Below are positions 1 through 15,224 of a stretch of 64,000 bases of DNA, in pieces. Below the pieces are notes generated by a model that worked only from the letters and a program-made list of their open reading frames with translations, was not told the DNA's origin and did not search any database. The first letter of the stretch is position 1; the number at the start of each line of letters is the position of its first letter. Origin of the DNA: Amoebidium appalachense (Eukaryota > Protista > Ichthyosporea); the NCBI GenBank assembly GCA_963693365.1, contig CAVNZM010000001.1, positions 8,510,907 to 8,574,906 of the forward strand, read 5' to 3'. Both the position numbers and the translations under genes were made by a program.

Positions 1-1670
1 CTGTTCGATACCACTCGCGGCCAGACGAGCGGCGGCCAATGGAACATTAACACCCGGTTTTTCCCGTTCTCGGGGTCTTCTGCAGGGGTCCCTCCTGAGT
101 CCGTTGTTGTTTGACGTTTTCATTGACGATTTAGCCTGCGCCCTCGAACCCTTTGGCCAACTGCATACCCGCCGTGTACCGGGTCTCCTTTTTGCGGACG
201 ATATTGTTCTTTGTTCCTTAACCGAAGATGTCATGCACCAGATGCTTCGTCAGGTGGATCAATGGTGCACCGAGAATCTCATGCATATGACAGTCGGAAT
301 TGCAAAGTGTGCTACTTTTTCGAAAAACGCTTCCTTTCAATTGGCCGGTCTTCCTATTCCTGTTCAGAGCACCTATGACTATTTGGGTATTCCTTTTACT
401 GCACGGGGTATTGATTTCCGCAAGCTCCTCACGACACGCATCGCTCGTGCGAAGGGTAAGCTTAACACATCGTGTCAAATATGTTTCAACGGGAGTCTGT
501 GATCCATCCTGCGAACCTTCTTCTCTACTATAATACTTTTTTACGGCCGACTTTCGAATATGGACTTCCGCTATTGGCCTGCGCCCCACCTCGCAAGGCG
601 GCCGTGGCGCTGAAAGAGTTCGACGATTTTCAGGGTACTGCGCTGCGCACTTTGTTTCGTACTCGGTTTGTGCCTCCCTTAATCAGTATGTTTGGATTGT
701 CGTCTGCTGTTTGTCGTATGGAGGAATTGTCTCTTCGTTTTTGTTTTCATTTAGTTAACCTACCTGATGGTCACCCTCTTTATGCTTTCTTTCCCCCCCC
801 TCCCTCCATCCGTCTTCCCCCCCGATTCACTAACGCTACTTCTGAATGTCCTCAGCCTACCCTCTTTCAACCTGATTCTTCCTCTCGCTATCTCACTCCC
901 TCTTTCTTTTCTCTTCCTGTTTTTTCTGCCTTTTCGCGTTATTACCATACGCAGTATGAGTTTCTTTCTCGTTCTGATAGAGAAATCAAAGGTAAAACTC
1001 AGTCAGCATGTGTTATGTTCCTTAGGCAACACCGTACTGATCATTAATGCTTTTGGGAGCTTTGGCAGGATATATTTCTCCTACTGTACGTATGGATACC
1101 ACCCTAGTAGATAAGTCTGTATGGTGCTCTGATGTTGATATTGCCTGGGAAGTTGTGCAGTGGTGTTGTAATTTTTGTTTTCATCGCCGCTGGTGCCACT
1201 TTTGTGCTGAACCTTTTAATCGCAAGCATGTTGATAGGTGTGAGTTTTTATGTCGCATTTTACCTCTTTCCCTACGGGTGTCTGCTACACTGGCTGGCAA
1301 TGTGACCACTTTAGACTTTTTGTTGAATTCTGTTGGTCGTCACATTGAGTATTTATATGATTTCCACACAGTGTTCAGGTATCTCAGTATGCACTTGTTA
1401 CTGGATAACTCGTGAAGTTTTTTTTATTGTCTTCTCAGTATGCCGTGCATACTTGCATATCTTTCCGTCGAATAAATCCAGTCAAAAGAAAATATTACGT
1501 CTATTGACTATCTGTTGAACCACGGTATGTTTAACGAGTTTTCTAGGGTGTATGATTATTTAAGTCGTTATCTCCTCCGTATCCGAGAGTGAGGGCTTTT
1601 GTATTTTTCTTCTCCGAGATATCGGTGATATCTCGATGGCTTCTATTTTGCTGAGCATATCAATAAAGTC
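1..1670 (+). mobile_element. Decayed non-LTR retrotransposon (LINE), 3' part, truncated by window start
   Basis: Frame 2 reads SRGLLQGSLLSPLLFDVFIDDL...LLFADDIVL...YDYLGIPF (RT motifs). It continues through frameshifts into 472-1047 (LLYYNTFLRPTFEYG) and 1047-1415 with a C-terminal CHFC...H...C zinc-knuckle-like motif. AATAAA at 1662-1667. Confidence 0.85.
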
Positions 1671-1904
1671 ATTATAAAAGAAATTCAATGCCATGGGCGG
1701 AGGACGGGGTAGTGATTATCGACTTCCCCCCTCGGCCTGAGGCTCTCGCTCGGCCCCCTTCCCCGCCGGCCTGGGGGGGGGGGGGGGGGGGGGGGGGAGG
1801 GGGGGGGGGGGGCTCGGGAGGGGAAGGGGACACTGGGGGAGAGGGGGGGGGGAAGGGGAGGGAGGGGGGAGCTCGGGAGGGGGAGGGGGGCATTGTGGGA
1901 AAGG

Positions 1905-1940
<36 letters not shown>

Positions 1941-2341
1941 ACCACCACCCCGCCGGCCTAGATGAGTCCGGGAATTCAAGGGGGGGGCAGGGGGGGAGGC
2001 CTCCGATGCCATATGAACATGAAATTATGAACATAGCCTGCTAGCTGCGTGTATACGCGCATCTAGGACTCACCTAAGGGATTCTTGATTTTGAAACAGG
2101 GAGGGGGTTAGTAACTTTGGGGGGTGAGAGGGACCCACGTCCACCTCGGCTTTGGACAGGTGGGTCCTTCCCCTGGCCCGGCCCGGGAGGAGGGGGGCGG
2201 GGCGGGGGGAGGGGGGAGGGGGGGGAGGGGGGATTCAAGAGGGGCGGGAGCTAGGGGCGGTGGCGGCGAGGGAAGTGGATTCGGGAGGGGCGGCGGCGGC
2301 GAGGGGAGGGGATTTGAGAGGGGCGGGAGGGGCGGCTGCAT

Positions 2342-2397
<56 letters not shown>

Positions 2398-3555
2398 TTT
2401 GAGAGGGGCGGGAGGGGCGGCTGCATGGGGGGGGGGGGGGGGGGGGATGGGGAGGAGCCGGGGGGGGAGGGGGCGGGGGGGGGGGGAGGGGGGAGGGGGG
2501 AGGGGAGGGAGGGGCCCGGGGGGGGGCTCCGAGTGGTTAGAAAATCACGGTTTTAGCGGCTTATTGGAGACTAAATACACGTTTGCCGTGGACAACACAA
2601 AGTAGACCTTGCAAAGAACACACAAAAGGGTGTGCACTAGGCCGGCAGAAAAGCGGCAGCACGAAGAGGTGGAAGTGAGGGCGTGCATGCATGTGTATGC
2701 GCGCGCGCGTGTGTGTGTGCGCGCGCGCTTGGTGTCCGCGTGTGTGCGTGTTTGCAAATCTGGGGGGATCCGGTGGATATGCATCAGTGGCCAAAACGGA
2801 AGAAATTCCTCTAAAAAAAATGAAAAAATAAATAACGAATACTGTGCAAACTCTGGCAAGTGGCCCGAAGCTCAGGCCATAAACACGGGCACGAGCGGGG
2901 CAAGGGTGTGGGACCAACCACCCAACTCGCCCAGGTGGTATGTCGATATTTACTACTTCCCCCCCAAATCAAAAATCCGTAATACGAACACAGGGACTTA
3001 GGGAATTCGAGTGTCAGTGTGGGGGGTCAGGACACGTACATGAGTAAGAACCCACCCTTCACGACAAACCCCCCGCCAAAATGCAGATCTTGCAAAGCAC
3101 ACACAAAAACAGTATGCACAACAGGGCACAGTTCAATCTTCTCAGGGTTTTTTTTGTGTGCGCCTGGGGGGGGGGGGGGGGCAGGAGGGCATTCAGCATG
3201 CTGGACACGTAGCCGTGATCCGCGTCGATTGTCACGAAGTAGTAAAAATGTAGGAGTAAAACAGTCCCGAAAACATATACCGGGACACGTTTTTATTTGT
3301 GGCCGGCCGGGGGGAGGGGGGGTCATTCCAGAGTATGCACAGTGCACAGCCACGGGGCCTTCTACGTTTTTCTTCACCGACCTTCTTCTTTCTTACCGTG
3401 GTGTACTGTCTTAAAATAGCGAACAATAAACAAAGGTCAGTCACAATGCTAAGAAAGGAAAAAGCTTTCGGATATATCTACTTCTACACGTGCGGCATCT
3501 TGCCAATGAGAACACAGTCCTCATTGGACGCCACAAATTCCATCACCAAGCATGT

Positions 3556-4844
3556 TTACTTGGGCATGGCCTTGACGGCAATGGCGGCCTCCTCATCCAT
3601 GGCGGCAATAACAGTCACCAGAAGCTCCTCACCGGTCTCGAAGCGCGACTTGATCTCAGCGCCAAGCTCACCCTCGGGCAGCTTAAGGTCATCCTTGGTC
3701 GACCCATCCTCGTTCATCAAAGACATGAAACCCTCCTCAATGTCCAGCAGCTGTTGTGACGAGAAACATCAGCAGTTATCTACCACGATGACAAGGTGGA
3801 CAAACCCAGTCCCCCCACCAAACACAAACAAACAATACCCGTTGTCTACCACAACGATTGAGATGGACAAACCCCCTCCCACCACAAAACACAAACATGC
3901 CTCCAGAGTATACACAAACACATCAACAAAGTATCGGGGATACATATCACCGTGAATGCTGTGTGTGCACCAACAACCTACAGCCCGAGGGGTTCCTTAC
4001 TCGGCAATCTTCTCAAACACATTTCCCGTAACATGCACCACCCCACAAGCGCAATAGTCTACAGCATGCGTTCACGTACACCCACTGCTCCCCTTCCCAC
4101 ATTCCACAATTGACACTAGCAACAAGAAAGTGGCTTTTACCCACACCAGTCTCACACGCACACAATCACAAAGTCTATCTCAACACATACCTGGAAGTCG
4201 CGGCGGGTGACGTTGGGCACATCCATGTTGTGGGTGGAGGGAGACATATCTTCGAGCTTCTTGTTGGTGAAAATGTCGATGCCGACCAAGTTCACCTGAA
4301 ACAAGATCCACATGTTGGCACGAGGGCACAAAAGGGGTAGTTTCTTTCACCTGACATAACACAAAACAAACAACCCAAGCCCAGGTGCCCAGCAGTTTTG
4401 TAAATCCAGCACAGTTATCATCCACACAACTATCGTGCACCTGCCCCTGCACAGCACTAACTCAAATCACATACGGTACGTTTCGATTCCCTGGTAAAGA
4501 GTTAGGATGTCGTGAATGTCTGAATAACTAGAATAACGTAGGGTGAGTGCTTACGTGTGCAATTGTGTGCCGTGTGTGCATGCCTACAACCACGAGCCAT
4601 CTGAAACGTGCTCGCCTCTGTGATGCACACAGCCTTTCACTGTGTCCAAGTTTTCTTCCGGAGCACCCACCTTAGCGTGTCCGTGCTTGCCGGTCTTGGA
4701 CGTGGACATGTCCACGATCTTGCAGGGGCGGCCCTTGATGACGACGAAGCCACCCTTGCGAAGGGCAGAGCACTGGAGGGGGAAGGTCTTGGAGGCCCCA
4801 GACCCGCCCTGCTCGAACTCGTGTTGATGAGCGTCGTCTGCCAT
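3556..4844 (-). CDS. EIF5A: Translation factor eIF5A; exons 4844-4671, 4295-4191, 3750-3556
   Basis: [32 protein letters not shown]...[12 protein letters not shown] (hypusine motif)|[10 protein letters not shown]...RDFQ|[12 protein letters not shown]...AVKAMPK*. All junctions are GT-AG and in frame. Confidence 0.97.
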
Positions 4845-6337
4845 TTTGATAGATCTGTGCGGGTAGACAGGGTCAGAACACACGAAAACTCAACTCTGAA
4901 CAACAGCAAAAACAGCCTGTTGTGATAAACATACAACCAAAAGACAAAAGAGCCTAGACAGGCGCCTACGAACAACCGAACAACCGGCCGAGGTGAACGA
5001 ACAAAGGTCCACTGAAGTAAGCTCAAACAACGAACAGCTCCGCTTATACTTATATCGCCTAGCTAAAAATGTATAAAACTTTCACCAAGCCCGCCAAACG
5101 TCAAAGGCATGTTGTAAACATGAAGGGCCACCATGTTCTTGCTTCTCGGTTCCGAAGTGAAGCCAAACAGCTTTCCTACTTTCCAAACTACGCTCTCCTG
5201 CCGCTTTTCTATTTCTATACGACTTCCTCTCCTGCCTTCTACCTCTCCTATTTTTGAATTCTTCAAAACAACATAACACTTGCTCAGTTGATGTTTTTTT
5301 GGAGGCCGGGCAAAGAAAACCCACCTGAAACGAAAAAACACGAATTCGAGAGAGGTGAGTCTGGGTGCGGGTGCAAAGTTTTTTGTACCCTGACACCATG
5401 TGTTCATTTTATAAACGGTGGGAAACACCTCCTGCCCAATCGTGAAATGATACTAAGTTGGATCCTCCAATTGTTAGGCGACCTTAAATTGTATGGTTTT
5501 GGGGAGATCTATCGTGGTGAGCGCCTATTGGTTCGCGCGATTGCACATATGATGCTGCCGTCACGACTCACGATACACGTGCACGGCTGGAATCCAGAGA
5601 ACCACATGTACACGAAGAGGTAACAAGAAGAAAACAAACACAAAACGAGAAGGATGAAAGAGATCAAGTGGACATTGCAAACATAGGGAAGGTCAAAGAA
5701 ATATGGAGCGGTGTGTTATAAAGTAAAAGTGAGGGGAATGGGACACGGGAGTTGAGTCCACCGGCACCGGGGTTCGCGTGCTCGATCGGTCCACACAGCT
5801 GTTCACAGTTTCACACTGCGTACGTATACAGTAGCTGGCTATACAAATATTAAGTGAAAGCAATAAGACATGTTTTGTAGTGTCGTTCTCGCAGGCGTTG
5901 GGTTTCTGGACATCTATTCGTTCGAAATACGGTGGTTTTTGGAGAGGACTGTCCACAGATGGTAAAAGAGTACAGCTGCAGGATCGAGCCGTATACGCTG
6001 TCACCTACTGAGGCGACTCGTATTTTTCCTTACACACACAGCGAACACTGGACTCTCGGGACCGTAGAGCCGCCGCGAGAGAAACCTTGCACGCGGTCGC
6101 GAGAATGTAAGGAAAAATGGGCGTGAGGCGAACGGCAAGTTCATAGCAGCCCAGGCACCGTCAGTGCGTGCCAGCCGTATACGTAGAGTGCAGGCTGCTC
6201 CCTGTGTGCGTACTACAGGGATCGTAGATGCTCGGCCGAATATAGTCTTGGGAAAAAGATATTTCATTTTTGAGAGGTGGCTAATTGCTGTGGTGTCACA
6301 GAGGCGAGCGAGAGAGGAACTCGCTTTTTTGGGGGGG

Positions 6338-6368
<31 letters not shown>

Positions 6369-7239
6369 GGAGAGGTCTGGCTCTAAAAGATTGGACGGGT
6401 ATTATATTGCAAGGTTAGAAATAAGGTTACATAGACGTGGTGCTCGCTTGGCGTCCGTGTGCGTTCAGGGCTTATGTAACGTGAAGCATGGTGTTGGATG
6501 CCATGGTGTTGGCATCCAACACCAGCCCTGTGCACAACTGCTGTAATGAGCTCTGCACACAGGCACGTAAACAGGCTCAAGCCCTGTTCCTCTGCTGTTG
6601 GACAAGCGTGCCAGATACGAGCAACCTGGTGTTGCGGTATGCAGTACTGCATGCTTTTACTCCACTTGGGTAAATAAACTTGAGCCAAAACACCACCTTC
6701 AGTCTGTTGGCGCGCTCGATTGTAGTCTTTCTGGTGTTTGCTGAGGCGATCCAGGGAGAACGCGAAGGTGCATCTCATTGGCCTCAAGCTATTCAGAATA
6801 GTCTTATTTGGTTACATATTTGCACATTCTAGGGGGGTTAGGCCAGAGGGCCGTGGCGGTTTTGTTGCTGTGTGCCTTCCCGCCACTTTTCAGACGGTTT
6901 GGCAACAGGGACTGAACTGAGTTTTCCAACACGGCGAAAGGCTGTGTGTGTATATACACAGATAAACAGAACAGTGGCATGTTAGAAACTTGTTTGTGAC
7001 ACTCAACTAGATTGTACTTGGCATACTTGGCAACCTGTTTTCTCCTCCGATAAAGCATTGAAGACAAGGGTTGGTGGCTGCATTGATTACGTATACTCAG
7101 AATACACACACACTATCAGAGTAAAGACCTTTTCAGCCCCTCATCTGCTGGTACCAAATCTATACTTTGCCAAGCACAAGGTGTTTGTTTAATACTATCA
7201 TAGCTTCAGCCTACAGCACTTCACTCACAACACGACAGC

Positions 7240-7567
7240 ATGGCCACCAGGGGGGGTCCGTTTACGCGGAGGCAGATAGGCAACGAGATAAGGAGAGCGG
7301 AGAAGGCTATCAGACACGTCAAGTCATGGTGTGCATTCCCCCCCCCTCCCCCCCTCCCCCCCCCCCCCCCCCCCCCACACACACACACGTGAATTTCGGA
7401 ACAACCCTGTGAGGCGGTGAGCAAAGACAGGTGCTTCCTACCAAACCAAGTTGACTTTCAATTGTATACCACACCAATACACACTCAAGGATTTATATGC
7501 ACACACACACAGCGCGCGCGCACACACGCACACACACACACACACAACACACACACACACACACACA

Positions 7568-7624
<57 letters not shown>

Positions 7625-8138
7625 TGTCTCTCTTTCTGTCACCCTGTTCCTCCATTTCCGTGTCTATTTCACTTGCCATCATGTCAACCTTTGAGACCCC
7701 CCCCCCCCCCCCCCCCCCCCCCCCGGAGGTGGCCTTTCCCTCCCCTTTTTCTACCCAACGTTTCTTTGAGCTGCTCTTCTCTAACATCTTCGAGTTTTTT
7801 TTTTGGTCATATTGGCCAGCAAGTAACAAATATTGTTGGGCAGGGAAAAGAAGTGGGTGGACCTGGGCCACATCAAGGTCTACCGATGGGAGCAGAGTGC
7901 GTCCCCCCCCCCCCCCCCTCCCCCCCCTCTCACCCCTTCACTTTTCAAACCCCCCCCCCCCCCTCCCTCCCACTCTCTCTCTTCCTCCTTTTCTTCCCCC
8001 GGCTCACACCACACACACACACACACACAAACACAAACTCATACCGTCGTTTTGTGTTCCTTTCTACATACGATGTAATACTCAGGCGTTTCTGTTTGTG
8101 CATTCTTTTTGTCGTGCTACGAAGCCTGTCCTCCCCCC

Positions 8139-8191
<53 letters not shown>

Positions 8192-10842
8192 CAACCCCAA
8201 CACAAACCCCTTCCCTACTGCCCCCCCCCCCCCCCCCCCCCCCCTCGCCCCCCACCCTGTTACGAACAAAAACAGACTTCCTCACACCCTTTTTCACCCT
8301 TTTCCTGCCCTTTCTCCTTATCGTCACCACCTCCCCACACACTCTCCCGTCTGAATTGCTGCAAGCTGAGCATGCATGGACACATGACTGCTCGCATGTT
8401 CACGCATGGACATGCTGATGCGCATCTGTATGAACACAACCACGTACATACACACCCACCCCCTGACACCTGGCCATAGTACGAACATGCACATTCGCCT
8501 GTTCGGTGTGTTTCGGTTTAGCCCCTCTTGCCATCCAAATAACAAAGAATAAAGCAGATAAAGGAGGAAAGAGAAAAACGGAAATCACGCCCTTTGCCCC
8601 TCGTATATATATTTGTCTCTTCTTTGCGGCCTTTGCCTCTGTTTGTATGCAAATGATGCATCTGCCCCACCCCCCCTCTTCCCCCACCTCCCCTCTGTCC
8701 CACACGTCAAGAAAATGCAAATAGGGTGGCCCCCCTCCCCCTCCCCCCCCTCCACACACACCAGTAAGGATCAAGGAAGGATTGAAACCAATATACACTC
8801 GCACATGCATTCACACGCATGCACACATACACGCACACACACACACACACGCACCCATGCACACACACCTACACACCCACACAAGCACCCACACACCCAC
8901 ACATGCACACACACACGTACACACAGACATGCACACACACACACAAGAACACACACACAATCGCACGTGCACACACATGCACACACCCGCACACCCACCC
9001 ACTCTTCCCCCCCTTCTCCCCGAATCGCACACGCCACAAAATCCCTTGAGCTGTGCATGTAGTGTTGCATATGATTACCGGGTGGTGTCTGTACCGAAAC
9101 TGACTTGTTTTTGTCCGGGTGGGCGAACAGCAAACGAACCGCCAAAGGTTCGTATCCATCCCCCCCTCCCCCCCCCCCCCCCCCCCCCCCCACCACCACC
9201 ACCACCCCCCCTTTTCCCCTTCTGCCCCGCCTGCCCGTGTGCCCGTGCCACTCGGTGGAGTTGTTTAGCCGTGGTTGGTTGGAGGGCCATGACTGGCTGT
9301 AGGGCTGTGACAAGGTCTTTTCCTTGTGTGTTGTATTTGGCTGTTGGGGTACGTGTGTCTCTCTTTATGTGTGTTTCTCTCTCTCTCTCTCTTTCCTCCC
9401 TCCTCACTCCCTCCCTCCCCCCCCCCCCCCCCCCCCCTCCCCCCCCTCCCCCCTCCCCCTCTTCCCCGTCTCTCACGGTGTCTGTTTGGTACGGAGGGAG
9501 AGAAGAAGAGGTGGGGGCGGAGAGGGGGGGGAGAGAGGGTGGTGAGTGGCCATCATCTGCTGCAACTGGAAGTCATACTACTTAGTCACGGGAAGATACG
9601 TTGTGGTAGTTTGCCGGAGGAGGGTAAGATGGATAAACGAAGGGGGCTAGGGTGGGGGAAAGGCTGGAGATGAAGGGTGGTGTGTGTGTGTGTGTTGGGG
9701 AGGGGAAGGGGGGGGGGGGGAGGGGGGGGGGGGGGGGGGGTGCTATGGGCCAATATGGTTAGTTGTGTGAGTAAGTGTAGAGTTTAGAGTATATATATTT
9801 ATCGGGAAATATTTTTTTGTTATTTTGCAGGGGGGGGGGGGGGGGGGAGGATGAAGACTAGCGTGCGAGGTCAACTAATAGTGCATACATGTCCTTCCAT
9901 TTCACTGTGCGCACACATTCTCACAATCCACTGTGTGCCCAGGCCGTCAGTCTAGGCCTGCAGCGTTCCTTCATCAAGGCGGCACCCCACCCTCCCCCAC
10001 CTCCACCCGTAGTCACCGAGGGGTCCCAGCCAGCCCCCATGGACCTCGACAAACCTCAGCAAACCGAATCGGGTGAATTGGGTACCAAAAATTCGACCCG
10101 ACCCGCGCCGGTGGTTTCCGTGACCCATGCAGACAGTGAAACGAGCGGTGCTGTGAGTGTAGACGCCCCCTCTGCCGAGCCGAGCCCTGCCCCCACCCCC
10201 CGGCCCGGTTCCCCACCTTCCCGTGGCCCGACACCTGCTATGGTTGAGGGGACCTTCTCCCCTATTGTTCCCGAATCTCCCTCCCCTACACCGAGTCAGA
10301 ACGCGGTTAAAGATACCGCCGGCGGCGAAGGCAGTGTGCAACTAGGAACGACGCAAACATATGCGATACCCCCAGAGACTAACCAAGTATCTGAGCCACC
10401 TGCCACCACTGATAGTGCCGGGGATGTCGACATGGTGCCAGCACCGGAGGTTAAGAAGAATACGGAGAATACGGGGGTTAAAGAGAATATGGAGAATACC
10501 GAGAAAGGGATTACGGAGAATGCCGAGGTTAAAAACCCCCCTGCAAATAGTCAGCCGGCACCTGACGCTCCTACTGCCCCCAATGATAATTATGCGTCTC
10601 TACCCGCGGATAATGCAACACAGGCAGACATGCAGACAGACACGCATGCAGACACGACAGAGACACACACAGACACACAGGGAGGCATGCACACGGACAT
10701 GCGGACGGAGAAGCAGGTGGCAACGGATACCGCACAGGCAGAGGGGATAGGCGGAGATGATGGAAACAAGGAGGCACAAGCACACACGGAGGCGGGTGTG
10801 GAGGCAGGGACGCAACAGGAAGGGGAGAAAGGGGATGCGTGA
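7240..10842 (+). CDS. BCL7: BCL7-family protein (SWI/SNF-BAF subunit-like) with long acidic disordered tail; exons 7240-7328, 7844-7896, tentatively 8558-8602 and 9131-9147, then 9943-10842
   Basis: Spliced N-terminus [47 protein letters not shown] resembles the BCL7 motif (...[26 protein letters not shown]). Intron phases are consistent through to the 9943-10842 low-complexity exon. The two middle exons are less certain. Confidence 0.72.
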
Positions 10843-11435
10843 ATTTTAACGGGGACACAGCATATGTAGAGGTATAGAGGTCGTGTTGAATGTAGCCAAT
10901 AGATATAGGCGGACAGTTTGTGAGCGATATGTTTTCTAAAGAGCACACACGATCACTTCTGTGTACATGTATGGATAATGAATACCGATCCAAACACCCG
11001 GAGCCCACCCACGTGTGCACATGCAGATGTTTCAAAGCACCCCCCAAGTGCGTCATGCACCCACACCCACACAACACATAATCAACACCTGTTTCTTGCA
11101 CACACACACACACCAGTTATATTGGCATTTGTGTGTACCTTGCTGCCAAGACCACACCAACATGTACATTACATATTGAGAGCTAGGAAAAACACATGCC
11201 CAATATGTTACATAGTCTTTGGGTGCACACACAAAAGCACACACCACACGATGATCACACCCAGCCAGCTACCGCAACTTTCAAGGAAAGTCGTGTGAAA
11301 TTTACTGTTGGTGCCAGCACACAGTGCTTGCCCTAGATTGCTGTGTTCAGAAGCAATCTATTTATGTACACGTGACGTCATTCGGTCGGGGTTTACCCCT
11401 TTGCAAGTGCAATAACAAACTTCAAACAGAAACGA

Positions 11436-11473
<38 letters not shown>

Positions 11474-11772
11474 ACTCCTCTCGAGCTCTCCTTTGTACCC
11501 CTCCATTCGATCACCGCCTTGTGAAGAAATTTCTACTGCTCCATCCCTAGGCCTATAATCACGATCATTTGCACACACCTTTTCCGAGTGCACTGCAACC
11601 CAAACCTTAGGCAAGTGAATTCAAAAAAAACACAAACCAAAGAAAACCAAACAAACAAAATTGTTGAATTAGCCATACATCCATCTGTATGTTAGTACAC
11701 ATGTGCACGATCATGCATGCATGCACAACGAATGCATCCACTTGTACATTGCATACTTTGCATAGATATTGC

Positions 11773-11923
11773 CTACTTCTTGTGCTTCTTCCTCATTGGC
11801 CCACTATTCTTCTTTGGTTTGTCCTCTTCATCATCCTCTCCTTTGCCACGTTTCTTGCCGCCATCAGAATCCCGCAGTTGCTGTATCACGCCCCCAAGTC
11901 AGATGCCAGCCCTTCCAACGAAC

Positions 11924-11958
<35 letters not shown>

Positions 11959-12150
11959 TTTGCCTCCCAACGACCCACACACATGTACACAGACACACAC
12001 ACATGCGCGCGCAGCGCGCGCGAGCACACACACGCACGTTCACAAATGCAACTCGACCTAGACCTTATACATAAGCCCTCTTCGCCCACTCCGAAAACTT
12101 TTTATTTCATTCATTTATCATAGTATTTTATTTTACTTTATTTTATATAT

Positions 12151-12207
<57 letters not shown>

Positions 12208-12332
12208 TAAACAGAGCTGTGTAACAGAGAGCTGCAGGGGTGCATGTACACAGAAAATTGAAGAATAAAAGTTGCACTGGACGAGACAGACACCAGTACA
12301 CGTGCATATAAGCCTCTATGTACATGCAGAAT

Positions 12333-12384
<52 letters not shown>

Positions 12385-13214
12385 CGCCCCTGCCGGCTTC
12401 CTGCATCTGCACCTCTGGGACCTCCCTCTCGAAAGTAAAAAGTAAAAAGTAAAGGCAAAAAGCAAAAAGGGACTCTGTGATATCTCAGCCCATCCTCCGG
12501 ATCCACCCCCTCCCCCCCTCCCCACCCACCGACCTTCACCCCCTGCACCCACCATTGCAGCAAACCCTTGGGCTTCTCCGACCACACACACACACACACA
12601 CACACACACACCACCACTACCCACCCACAGACCCACATAAAAATACCTATCCCCCCCCCCCCCCCCTCTTCTTTGCAGGCACCCACCATTGCAGCAAACC
12701 TCTGCGCCTCTCCCACCCTCTCCAGCAGCAACAACACCTCATCCTCCTGACTCGGATACAAGCCCATCTTCCTGCCCGTCAGCTGCTCGATCCTCTGAAG
12801 CAACTCCACGTCATACTGCGTAACAAACGTCACGCTCTTACCCGCACGCCCGGCGCGCGCCGTCCTCCCCACCCTGTGAATGTAGTCCTTCGAATGCGTC
12901 GGAATGTCAAAGTTTATGACCAAATCGACGTGGGGAATGTCCAAACCTCTCGACGCCACGTCCGTAGCAATAAGAACGGACTTGGATTTTGCCTTGAATT
13001 TGTGCAGTGCGCCCAGGCGTTTTGCCTGGTTGAGTTGGCCGTGAAGGGGGATGGTGCTGAAGCCGAGGTTGTTAAGCATGAGGGCTGTGCGTTGGGCATT
13101 GTTGCATGTACCCACAAAGATGATGGTGCTGTTGCCTGCATGCTCATTCAGCAACCTGCACGTATCAAGGGTCAGCATACTCGTATTTCCACTGCAAAAA
13201 AAGAAAAAAGAACC

Positions 13215-13248
<34 letters not shown>

Positions 13249-14762
13249 AGGGGGAAGGGGAGGAGGTTGAAGCAGGATGGTAGAGGGGAAGAGAGAGGGA
13301 GGGACGGATGGAGGGAGAGTGATCGAGAGCATGCCTGAGAGAGAGATACGAGATCGAGGAACAGAAAGAGAATACCCAAACAGCCAAAAAAAAGAGGGTC
13401 GGGGAGGTCATGCCAAATGTAACTGGTCCAAAATAATCCCCTCCAACCCTACCTCCCCCCCCCCCCCCCCCCCAAATACACGTGCACACACGTACGCATT
13501 TACACAAACACATGCACATGCGCCCAAGCAAAAACTGCCTTCAGATGAGGATCGATCTATCACACTCGGCCATAGTTTGTTTGTGGGTGTAAAAGGGCGT
13601 ATATGCTCGAGTGTTTAGACGTGCAATAAATAACTGTGTGTATACGTGCTTCTGTTAAAGTGGTCCCTTTCAGTGGTTTGGATACATGTGTGAGAATCCA
13701 TGCCTGCAAACAGAAAACCAGTGCATCTACGCGTGTCGAGTGTGCGAATGCGCGCCCGTGTGCGTGTCCAAGTGCACATGCACACACACACACACACACA
13801 AGTCTGTAGACGTGTGTGCCTGCCTGCGCCCTCGCATGTAGGTGTGCACGAGTGTGTGTGTCCATGTGCACATGCACACATACACACACAAGTGTAGGCC
13901 GCGTGTGTGTGTACGTGCCTGCGCAAGTGTGCACATGCTCGTACGATAACATGTGTTTGTATGTTCGCACAGACGTGCCTGTGTGCCCGTGTGCAAACAC
14001 ATGTGCACGTATGCCACAAGTTAGCACATGCATACACCCACCAGGCCAGATAGCAGTCCTTGTACTTTGAGGGCACAAACATGTAGTGTTGCATCAGCTT
14101 GTCCACCGTCTGGTACCTGCAACCAAACAATTCACACTCAGCACCCCGCTCGTCTCCTCATCACGTTCTCCTCCCCTCCTTTCCCCGGAAACTCCCCCCC
14201 CCCCCCCCCCCCCCGGGCCCTTTCTCCTCCCTCCCCACCCTGACAAGCCCCTCTCCTCCCTCCCTCCCGACCCACTCCTCCCCTTCAACCCCCCCACCCA
14301 CCTCCAACCCTACCCCACACATGTGACCTTCCCCCCCCCCCCCCCCCCCCTCTTCCCTGGGGGCCTCTCTCCTCCTTCTCTCCCCCCCCTCCCCCCCCCC
14401 TCATCCCACTTAACCCCCGCCAACCTCCTTCTTCCCTACCTCCCATCCGTCACTGTCTGCCCCTCACAAAGCACCCCTTTACATCCCCCCTCCCCCCTCC
14501 CCTTCCCCACCACACACACCGCCAGACATCCACCTACACCACACAAGAATCCACCACCGAAGAGAAGAAGGGGGGAGAGGGAGATGGCGGAGGGAGAGAG
14601 AGAGAAAGGGAAAGAGGGAGCAAGAAGGGAGGAAGAGTGAAAACAGTGCGGCGCAGGCTCCGGTTTGTGATTGGGTGTGTGTGTGTGTGTGTGTGTGTTT
14701 GGGGGGGAGGAGGGAGGCGGAGAGGAGGGGGAGGTTGCTAGCCCGGGGCTGAGGGCACCAGT

Positions 14763-14820
<58 letters not shown>

Positions 14821-15186
14821 GCCGGTGCCAGCACATGTATCTGCTGGTGACCCCCCCCCCCCCCCCCTCCCCCCAAAGCATGTATGAGTTTGTGATTCTG
14901 TGCCAGTGTTTGTGCGTGCCCACGCCTATGTCATGCATGCATGTGTGTGTGTGTGTTCGAGCCGGGAGGCTATGGATGTGTGCAGAGGGAAATAATTTCG
15001 TGTTTGAACGAGTGAGCTTGTGTGTGTGCATGCACGTGCACTGTACTTAACCCACGTACTTCTTGCTAACCTCGACCTTCACCGGATTATTGAGGGATGC
15101 TCTCTGCAATTTCTTGACCTGCACACAGTAGCTCAGTCAGGCAGTGCCTCCCCCCCCCCCCCCTCAGCTCTCTTCCCCGTCTCCCC

Positions 15187-15224
<38 letters not shown>

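Noticed and set aside
1672-2560. Gly-rich or Pro-rich ORFs after the LINE
   Set aside because: Poly-G tracts with a short local duplication and no recognisable protein; homopolymer lengths may also be sequencing artefacts.
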